This document shows, piece by piece, positions 53,670-64,000 of a stretch of 64,000 nucleotides of DNA (position 1 is the first letter of the stretch; each line of letters starts with the position of its first letter). The notes beneath the pieces were generated by a model. The model did not search any database, was not told the DNA's origin, and saw nothing but the letters and a program-made list of their open reading frames with translations. Origin of the DNA: Macrostomum lignano (lineage: Eukaryota); NCBI GenBank assembly GCA_002269645.1, contig NIVC01000857.1:99142-163141 (forward strand). The letters are read 5' to 3'. Position numbers and translations under genes: made by a program.

Positions 53670-56600
53670 TCACCGCATGGCCTTGACCAAGCTCCTGGCG
53701 GCGGTGCCCAGCGCGGCGGCGCACTTGAGCATCTCCCGCATCAGCGCCTGGAACTTGGCCGCCTCCCTGGCCGCGTAGGCCGCCTGGGCCGCCCGGAAGC
53801 AGCGCACCAGCTGCGCGAGGTCGCGGGTCAGGCCTTGGCACTGGCGCTGCACCGCCACGCTGCCGGCCAGCTGGGGCGCCGATTCCACCAGCTGGTGCAG
53901 CGATTTCAACTCGGCGCCGGTGGCGCGCAGATGGCCAACCAGCTGGCGCGGGTCGGCGGGCGCCGCGGCAACGTAGGCCTGCACCAGGCTGTTCAGCGAG
54001 CGGACCAGCGACACCGCGGCAGCCACAACCGCCTCCTCGTGCGCCGGCAAAGCGGCGGCAGTGGCAGCGGCAGCGGCAACGCCTTTAGGCACCGGTGAGA
54101 CGGCGGGCGAGTCAGCGGCCGCAGGCGGCGGCATCGGTGGCTTTGGAGGCGCAGCGCTAGGAGCAACAGAAGCAGTAGCAGAAGCAGCCTTAGCTAACGC
54201 AGCTGCTGGCGAAGGCGAAGCCGAGTGACGATCAAACACGTCATCGAGGCTGCCAGCCGAGTCGGGTCGCGAAACTGTGGCGGCGGCGTTGGCGGGAGAG
54301 GCGGTAGCGGATGAATAATAGTCTGTGCTGGCGTTGTTGTTGCTGACGCTGCTGTTGTTGTTGTTGTGCGTAGCGGTGTTCCGCACCTGGAGCTGCTCGG
54401 GCGTCAGGGCGGCCATGCGAGCCCGGAACTGCTCGGCGGTGGGGCGCAGCCGGGGCTCGTAGGTCCAGCACAGGCACAGCAGATTGTAGGCGGCCAGCGG
54501 GCACAGCAGCGGCTTGGCGAGCTGCATGCGGGCCTCCACTTTGCGGATGGCGTCAACGTTGCTCAGGCCGGCCCAGGGCTTCTCTCCGCAGCTGTAGATC
54601 TCCCAGCAGCAGACGGCCAGCATCCAAACGTCCGAAGCTGGCGTGAACTTCCTGGCGTTGTAGGCCTCGGGCGGCAGCCATTTGATTGGCAGCTTGCCGC
54701 CGGACGCCTTGTAGTACTCCTCATTGGCTGCCAGCTTGCGGCTCAGGCCGAAGTCCGCCAGCTTGATGACCGTCGGCTGCATCAGCAGGACGTTGCGGCA
54801 GGCCACGTCTCTGCGAATGGTCAGGATGCGTGGGCGCGTTGCTATTAGGATATAGGATGACGTAAAAATGCAGGGAAATAACGTTTGATTGCAGAGAAAT
54901 GGCATCTGATTGCAGAGAAATTGCACTTGAATGCTGAGAAATGGCACTTGAATGCTGAGAAATGGCACTTGAATGCTGAGAAATGGCACTTGAATGCTGA
55001 GAAATGGCATCTGAATGCAGAGAAATGGCGTCCGATTGCAGAGAAATTGCGTCTGATTGCAGAGAAATTGCACTTGAATGCTGAGAAATGGCATCTGATT
55101 GCAGAGAAATTGCACTTGAATGCTGAGAAATGGCAATTGAATGCTGAGAAATGGCAATTGAATGCTGAGAAATGGCACTTGAATGCTGAGAAATGGCATC
55201 TGAATGCTGAGAAATGGCATCTGAATGCAGAGAAATGGCGTCTGATTGCAGAGAAATTGCACTTGAATGCTGAGAAATGGCACTTGAATGCTGAGAAACG
55301 GCATCTGAATGCAGAGAAATGGCGTCTGATTGCAGAGAAATGGCACTTGAATGCTGAGAAATGGCATCTGATTGCAGAGAAATTGCACTTGAATGCTGAG
55401 AAATGGCAATTGAATGCTGAGAAATGGCGTCTGATTGCAGAGAAATGGCACTTGAATGCTGAGAAATGGCATCTGATAGCAGAGAAATTGCACTTGAATG
55501 CTGAGAAATGGCACTTGAATGCTGAGAAATGGCACTCGAATGGTGAGAAATGGCATCTGAATGCAGAGAAATGGCACTTGAATGCTGAGAAATTGCACTT
55601 GAATGCTGAGAAATTGCACTTGAATGCTGAGAAATTGCACTTGAATGCTGAGAAATTGCACTTGAATGCTGAGAAATTGCACTTGAATGCTGAGAAATGG
55701 CACTTGAATGCTGAGAAATGGCACTCGAATGCTGAGAAATAGCAATTGAATGCAGAGAAATGGCATCTGAATGCAGAGAAATGGCATCTGAATGCAGAGA
55801 AATGGCATCTGATTGCAGAGAAATTGCACCCGAATGCAGAGAAATGGCACCTGAAAGCAGACAATATACCCAGCCGCCTACCTGTGCAGCAGATCCTTGC
55901 TGTGCAGATACTGGATGGCGTCGGCCAGCTGCACACAGAAGGAGGTCAGCTGACGCGGGTCGCAGCGCTCGGGCGCGCGCGTCTGCAGGTGGGCGCGCAG
56001 TTCGCCGAGCAGCGCCAGCTCCAGCACCACCCAGTCGTTGCAGATGCCCAGAACCTCAACGATGTGCGGATGGCGCAGCTCCCGCATGCTCTCTGCTTCG
56101 GTCACCAGAGCCCCGAGATAATGTTGCTGCGGGGCTGCTTGATGGCCACGAGGCGCTGCCGGCCGTCCGGCAGCTGCAGGAGGCCCTTGTGCACCACGGA
56201 GAACTCGCCGGAGCCCAGCTGCTCCAGCAGGTCCAGGTCGCGACGATCGATGTACCTGCGGGGCGTTAAAATGATGACGTAAACCAGATGAGTCACGGAC
56301 CGGATCAGTGGGTCAAGGTCAGTCACTGGAGCGTCAGTGAACCAAGGCGAGTCATTGGCTGCATCAGTGGATCAAGGCGAGTCATTGGCTGCATCAGTGG
56401 ATCAAGGCGAGTCATTGGCTGCATCAGTGGATCAAGGCGAGTCATTGGCTGCATCAGTGGATCAAGGCGAGTCACGGACTGCATCAGTGGGTCAAGGTGA
56501 GTCACGGACTGCATCAGTGGGTCAAGGTGAGTCACGGACTGCATCAGTGGGTCAAGGTGAGTCACGAACTGCATCAGTGGGTCAAGGTGAGTCACGAACT

Positions 56601-59600
56601 GCATCAGTGGGTCAAGGTCAGTCACTGGAGCGTCAGTGAATCAAGGCGAGTCATTGGCTGCGTCAGTGGATCAAGGCGAGTCACGGACTGCATCAGTGGG
56701 TCAAGGTGAGTCACGGACTGCATCAGTAGGTCAAGGTGAGTCACGAACTGCATCAGTGGGTCAAGGTGAGTCACGAACTGCATCAGTGGGTCAAGGTGAG
56801 TCAGGGACTGCATCAGTGGGTCAAGGTGAGTCACGGACTGCATCAGTGGGTCAAGGTGAGTCACGGACTGCATCAGTGGGTCAATGTGAGTCATTGGCTG
56901 CATCAGTGGGTCAAGGCGAGTCATTGGCTGCATCAGTGGATCAAGGTGAATCATTGGCTGCATCAGTGGGTCAAGGTGAGTCATTGGCTGCATCAGTGGA
57001 TCAAGGCGAGTCACCGACTGCATCAGTGGGTCAAGGTGAGTCACGGACTGCATCAGTGGGTCAAGGTGAGTCACGGAATGCATCAGTGGGTCAAGGTGAG
57101 TCACGGACTGCATCAGTGGGTCAAGGTGAGTCACGGACTGCATCAGTGGGTCAAGGTGAGTCATTGGCTGCATCAGTAGGTCAAGGTGAGTCACGAACTG
57201 CATCAGTGGGTCAAGGTGAGTCACGAACTGCATCAGTGGGTCAAGGTCAGTCACTGGAGCGTCAGTGAATCAAGGCGAGTCATTGGCTGCGTCAGTGGAT
57301 CAAGGCGAGTCACGGACTGCATCAGTGGGTCAAGGTGAGTCACGGACTGCATCAGTAGGTCAAGGTGAGTCACGAACTGCATCAGTGGGTCAAGGTGAGT
57401 CACGAACTGCATCAGTGGGTCAAGGTGAGTCAGGGACTGCATCAGTGGGTCAAGGTGAGTCACGGACTGCATCAGTGGGTCAAGGTGAGTCACGGACTGC
57501 ATCAGTGGGTCAAGGTGAGTCATTGGCTGCATCAGTGGGTCAAGGCGAGTCATTGGCTGCATCAGTGGATCAAGGTGAATCATTGGCTGCATCAGTGGGT
57601 CAAGGTGAGTCATTGGCTGCATCAGTGGATCAAGGCGAGTCACCGACTGCACAGTGGGTCAAGGTGAGTCACGGACTGCATCAGTGGGTCAAGGTGAGTC
57701 ACGGAATGCATCAGTGGGTCAAGGTGAGTCACGGACTGCATCAGTGGGTCAAGGTGAGTCACGGACTGCATCAGTGGGTCAAGGTGAGTCATTGGCTGCA
57801 TCAGTAGGTCAAGGTGAGTCACGAACTGCATCAGTGGGTCAAGGTGAGTCACGAACTGCATCAGTGGGTCAAGGTCAGTCACTGGAGCGTCAGTGAATCA
57901 AGGCGAGTCATTGGCTGCGTCAGTGGATCAAGGCGAGTCACGGACTGCATCAGTGGGTCAAGGTGAGTCACGGACTGCATCAGTAGGTCAAGGTGAGTCA
58001 CGAACTGCATCAGTGGGTCAAGGTGAGTCACGGAATGCATCAGTGGGTCAAGGTGAGTCAACGGACTGCATCAGTGGGTCACAAGAATCAACGTTACTCA
58101 CCATCCACCGGCTCCTGTGGCGGCGGCAGCGCCGCTTTCCGGGGGCGGCTGGAGGTCCGAGTAGTCGGAGTCAGGGGCGCACTCGAGCAGGCGCTGGCAC
58201 CTGCGATTAAGGAGTTTGAGTGTGATTCGAAACGTGTCAGAGCTCGAACGATAAGCCATTTAGTCAAATATTTTCAGCACCTATTTCAGCACGCATATTT
58301 TCACCTGTGCGCTGGGTGCAGGGCAGTCACGGCAGCCTCCGGGCAGCCGGTGAGGTGAGCGGCATCGAGAAGCAGGTGCAGCAGAGCGTCCGCCCGCCTG
58401 GCGTTGTCTAGCTCAACAGTCAGGGAGGCCAGCGGAGGCTGGAAGGCGATGGTAAGGGAGACGCCGCTATCCTCGGGACTCTTGCACAGCTCCAGTCCTT
58501 GAAGGCTCTGCACTCGGCCGACGCTGATTGGCGCGGAGTCGCGGAGCTCCAGCCGGATGTCGCCGTCGCGGGTGACGGCCAGGCGGGCGTCGGCGCGAGC
58601 GCCAAGCAGCACCCGGCAGGGCACGGAGGGCAAGAAGGCGGCGGGCAGCTCGGAGAACATCAGGCAGAACCACTCGGCCAGCAGTGTCGAGCGGGACCTG
58701 CGGGGGGGGGACAGGAATGAGAAACAATACGACCTGGAATTCGGGATGAAGTCCTTGCAGCCATACGAGGGATCAGGGAGAATGAGGCTGCATGCCCGGA
58801 GCGATGTGACGAAAGTGAAGCATGTAGGACATGCATAGCAGCGGCACTTCCATAACAGACGGACAGACAAACAGATGGAGATAGAACAGCTACAGGACAG
58901 ACAGATGGAGATAGAACAGCTACAGGACAGACAGACGGAGATAGAACAGCTACAGGACAGACAGACGGAGATAGAACAGCTACAGGACAGACAGATGGAG
59001 ATAGAACAGCTACAGGACAGACAGATGGAGATAGAACAGCTACAGGACAGACAGACGGAGATAGAACAGCTACAGGACAGACAGACGGAGATAGAACAGA
59101 CACAGGACAGACAGATGGAGATAGAACAGACACAGGACAGACAGATGGAGATAGAACAGGCACAGGACAGACAGATGGAGATAGAACAGCTACAGGACAG
59201 ACAGATGGAGATAGAACAGCTACAGGACAGACAGACGGAGATAGAACAGCTACAGGACAGACAGACGGAGATAGAACAGCTACAGGACAGACAGACGGAG
59301 ATAGAACAGACACAGGACAGACAGATGGAGATAGAACAGACACAGGACAGACAGATGGAGATAGAACAGGCACAGGACAGACAGATGGAGATAGAACAGC
59401 TACAGGACAGACAGATGGAGATAGAACAGGCACAGGACAGACAGACGGAGATAGAACAGACACAGGACAGACAGATGGAGATAGAACAGACACAGGACAG
59501 ACAGATGGAGATAGAACAGGCACAGGACAGACAGATGGAGATAGAACAGGCACAGGACAGACAGACAGACGGAGATAGAACAGACACAGGACAGATAGAT

Positions 59601-62600
59601 GGAGATAGAACAGGCACAGGACAGACAGACGGAGATAGAACAGACACAGGACAGATAGATGGAGATAGAACAGGCACAGGACAGACAGACGGAGATAGAA
59701 CAGACACAGGACAGACAGACAGACGGAGATAGAACAGCTACAGGACAGACAGATGGAGATAGAACAGACACAGGACAGACAGATGGAGATAGAACAGACA
59801 CAGGACAGACAGATGGAGATAGAACAGGCACAGGACAGACAGACAGACGGAGATAGAACAGACACAGGACAGATAGATGGAGATAGAACAGGCACAGGAC
59901 AGACAGACAGACGGAGATAGAACAGACACAGGACAGACAGACGGAGATAGAACAGCTACAGGACAGACAGATGGAGATAGAACAGCTACAGGACAGACAG
60001 ATGGAGATAGAACAGCTACAGGACAGACAGACGGAGATAGAACAGCTACAGGACAGACAGACGGAGATAGAACAGACACAGGACAGACAGACGGAGATAG
60101 AACAGCTACAGGACAGACAGACGGAGATAGAACAGACACAGGACAGACAGATGGAGATAGAACAGACACAGGACAGACAGATGGAGATAGAACAGCACAG
60201 GACAGACAGATGGAGATAGAACAGCTACAGGACAGACAGATGGAGATAGAACAGCTACAGGACAGACAGACGGAGATAGAACAGCTACAGGACAGACAGA
60301 TGGAGATAGAACAGCTACAGGACAGACAGACGGAGATAGAACAGCTACAGGACAGACAGACGGAGATAGAACAGACACAGGACAGACAGATGGAGATAGA
60401 ACAGACACAGGACAGACAGATGGAGATAGAACAGGCACAGGACAGACAGATGGAGATAGAACAGACACAGGACAGACAGATGGAGATAGAACAGGCACAG
60501 GACAGACAGACGGAGATAGAACAGACACAGGACAGACAGATGGAGATAGAACAGACACAGGACAGACAGATGGAGATAGAACAGGCACAGGACAGACAGA
60601 TGGAGATAGAACAGGCACAGGACAGACAGACAGACGGAGATAGAACAGACACAGGACAGATAGATGGAGATAGAACAGGCACAGGACAGACAGACGGAGA
60701 TAGAACAGACACAGGACAGATAGATGGAGATAGAACAGCACAGGACAGACAGACGAGATAGAACAGACACAGGACAGACAGACAGACGGAGATAGAACAG
60801 CACAGGACAGACAGATGGAGATAGAACAGACACAGGACAGACAGATGGAGATAGAACAGACACAGGACAGACAGATGGAGATAGAACAGGCACAGGACAG
60901 ACAGACAGACGGAGATAGAACAGACACAGGACAGATAGATGGAGATAGAACAGGCACAGGACAGACAGACGGAGATAGAACAGACACAGGACAGATAGAT
61001 GGAGATAGAACAGGCACAGGACAGACAGACGGAGATAGAACAGACACAGGACAGACAGACAGACGGAGATAGAACAGACACAGGACAGACAGATGGAGAT
61101 AGAACAGCTACAGGACAGACAGACGGAGATAGAACAGGCACAGGACAGACAGACAGGGAGATAGAACAGGCACAGGACAGACAGACGGAGATAGAACAGA
61201 CACAGGACAGACAGACAGACGGAGATAGAACAGACACAGGACAGACAGACGGAGATAGAACAGGCACAGGACAGATAGATGGAGATAGAACAGACACAGG
61301 ACAGACAGACAGACGGAGATAGAACAGACACAGGACAGACAGACGGAGATAGAACAGGCACAGGACAGATAGATGGAGATAGAACAGACACAGGACAGAC
61401 AGACAGACGGAGATAGAACAGACACAGGACAGACAGACAGATGGAGATTGAACAGCTACAGGACAGACAGACGGAGATAGAACAGGCACAGGACAGATAG
61501 ATGGAGATAGAACAGGCACAGGACAGATAGATGGAGATAGAAGACACAGGACAGACAGACAGACGGAGATAGAACAGACACAGGACAGATAGATGGAGAT
61601 AGAACAGCTACAGGACAGACAGACGGAGATAGAACAGACACAGGACAGACAGACAGATGGAGATTGAACAGCTACAGGACAGACAGACGGAGATAGAACA
61701 GGCACAGGACAGATAGATGGAGATAGAACAGGCACAGGACAGACAGACGGAGATAGAAGACACAGGACAGACAGACAGACGGAGATAGAACAGACACAGG
61801 ACAGATAGATGGAGATAGAGCAGGCACAGGACAGACAGACGGAGATAGAACAGACACAGGACAGACAGACAGACGGAGACAAAACAGACACAGGACAGAC
61901 AGACAGATGGAGATAGAACAGACACAGGACAGACAGACAGACGGAGATAGAACAGACACAGGACAGACAGATGGAGATAGAACAGGCACAGGACAGATAG
62001 ATGGAGATAGAACAGGCACAGGACAGACAGACGGAGATAGAACAGACACAGGACAGACAGACAGACGGAGATAGAACAGACACAGGACAGACAGATGGAG
62101 ATAGAACAGGCACAGGACAGACAGACGGAGATAGAACAGACACAGGACAGATAGATGGAGATAGAACAGACACAGGATAGACAGATAGACGGAAATAGAA
62201 CAGACACAGGACAGATAGATGGAGATAGAACAGACACAGGACAGATAGATGGAGATAGAACAGACACAGGACAGACAGACAGACGGAGATAAAACAGACA
62301 CAGGACAGACAGACAGATGGAGATAGAACAGACACAGGACAGACAGACAGACGGAGATAGAACAAACACAGGACTGCCAGATGGAGATAGAACAGACACA
62401 GGACAGACAGACAGACGGAGATAGAACAGACACAGGACAGATAGATGGAGATAGAACAGACACAGGACAGACAGACAGACGGAGATAGAACAGCTACAGG
62501 ACAGACAGATGGAGATAGAACAGACACAGGACAGACAGATGGAGATAGAACAGACACAGGACTGCCAGATGGAGATAGAACAGACACAGGACAGACAGAC

Positions 62601-63724
62601 AGACGGAGATAGAACAGACACAGGACAGATAGATGGAGATAGAACAGACACAGGACAGACAGACAGACGAGATAGAACAGACAGACAGACAGACTGATAG
62701 AACAGATGGAGATGGAACAGACAGACAGGAGATAGAACAGACAGAGAACAGATAGAAAGACAGACAGACGGAGAACAGACAGGCATTTGTTCGGTTTATT
62801 CAAACTGAAGCCCAAAAAGCTTTGCGTGCACAGCACAGTCTGCCAAAGTCAAAGCCAGCCAATTAAAGCATAAAAGTTCGCCATCAGCCACCATCCGCTT
62901 ATCAACAGCAGCTATTAATAGCAGCCCAAACTGCAGTTAATGGAAACTATACTGAAAAGTATAAAATTCACAGGAAGTCACAAGACCGGTTGCAATTACC
63001 GACGCGCATTTAAGACTAAAATATTTGGCATTTCAAGCAATTGGCAGCGCCAAACAGGATTTACATGCAAATAATGACACTGGCATGAACCTCACCTGCG
63101 CCACAGGTCGCACAGGCTGTCAGCCGTGTACCGCGCAGAATCTTCGGCTTGACGTCGGTCAGCACAACCTGGGAAACATGTGATGCCCGTGGGTGCGCCC
63201 TTATAAATAGCTTTGCTCTCCGCTGTGGCGCGCGCTTAATGGCGCTCTCGCTGGCGCCAGGCGGGCGCTCCTGGTTCAGGGCGATGTTGATGACGCCAAG
63301 GCGAAGGCCGCCATGGGTGGTGGAGACGCTGAGCAGGTGCTCCTCCTTGGCCTGCTTATAAATAAACTCGAGCAGTTTGAGCTCCAGAGCCGCCAGGTCC
63401 CGCTGGTTGCAGGCGGGCAGCCAGCGCAGTTTCAGGTAAAAGGCGGCGATGCGGCCGCCGTAGACAACACAGGCCTCCGAGTAAGTGAGGTTCGGACACA
63501 CGATGGCGCCATGCGCCGCTCGGTGCTGATCCAGTAGTGTCGCACAATGTCCGGCGTCTCCGGGAACCGCTTGGATAAAATTTTCTCAACCAGCTCGCGG
63601 CAAGTCAGGTCTTGGTGGCAGTGCACCGTGCTGTCTCGAGGCTGTGAAGTACACGCGAACCAGTCGCGTGCCTTGAGCTCATGCTGCTGCTGCTGCTGCT
63701 TGGACCCGGGACCCACTGACACGG
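53670..63724 (-). CDS. FAK: Focal adhesion kinase (FAK/PYK2)-family tyrosine kinase: FERM-like N-terminus, kinase, FAT domain; exons about 63724-63096, 58697-58305, 58200-58102, 56255-55882, 54810-53670; start probably upstream; apparent 1-bp deletions at about 63510, 63130 and 56112
   Basis: LKLRWLP...LEFIYKQAKEEHL (FERM), DSDYSDL (Y397-like), LGSGEFSVVHKG, VAIK, HR|DVACRN, DFGLSR..EEYYKASGGKLPIKW, SDVWM, C-terminal amphipathic FAT-like helices. Junctions are all phase 2 once the frames are repaired. Confidence 0.88.
54885..55855. repeat. 21-bp minisatellite (GAATGCTGAGAAATGGCACTT)n filling the FAK intron inside the HRD motif
   Basis: About 46 copies. Confidence 0.97.
56290..58080. repeat. 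30-bp minisatellite (GTCAAGGTGAGTCACGGACTGCATCAGTGG)n filling a FAK intron
   Basis: About 60 copies; marker unit GTCAAGGTCAGTCACTGGAGCG at about 56312, 56611, 57240 and 57868. Confidence 0.97.
58858..62780. repeat. 30/34-bp minisatellite (ATGGAGATAGAACAGCTACAGGACAGACAG)n, 3.9 kb, in a FAK intron
   Basis: About 125 copies with variant units; explains all ORFs between 58.3 and 62.8 kb. Confidence 0.97.
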
Positions 63725-64000
63725 CTGCAAGTTGATGGGTGCAAGTAGACAGGGCGGCTGACTGAAGGCCATTGTATGCCTACTATTAATCGAGAGCTAA
63801 TTTTGCTGTTATTTCCCTGTCAGCAAGTGTTCATTTAATCTACACAGCAACTTTGCATTTAAACATCCCAATGAAGCAAACTAGAATATAGTGTCTTACA
63901 ACCTAACTTTGCATTTTTAATGAACCCAATTAAAATATAATAGGCTTATATATTTCTATTTAAAGCATTTTGTTTGTTTTAAGATGCAAACTGCGCAGAG

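Noticed and set aside
58301-62836. Very long ORFs (up to 1032 aa) with Cys/Ser or MEIEQ repeats
   Set aside because: They are translations of a stop-free 30/34-bp minisatellite inside a FAK intron and have no unique domain.

Overview
Eukaryotic (metazoan) genomic DNA, not prokaryotic. GC-rich coding exons, GT-AG introns and introns packed with minisatellites suggest a flatworm such as Macrostomum (inference). Nine protein-coding genes can be reconstructed: a GATA1/2/3 factor (+, 5' end lost in an N gap, with an error-rich inverted partial copy at the window start), Pax2/5/8 (-), kidney-type glutaminase (-), a DEG/ENaC channel (+), and a run of five co-oriented minus-strand genes (FAK-family kinase, universal stress protein, COX10, MRPL49, UMPS). 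About 35 different tandem arrays fill introns and spacers and account for nearly all of the very long ORFs in the track. Frameshifts in GATA and FAK look like long-read indel errors. The most interesting signals are a candidate SL-trans-spliced operon, one private minisatellite per intron, three phase-compatible upstream exons for Pax2/5/8, and substitutions at key residues of glutaminase and the DEG/ENaC channel. Repeat boundaries are approximate (about +/-15 nt). No CRISPR array, RNA gene or autonomous transposon could be supported.
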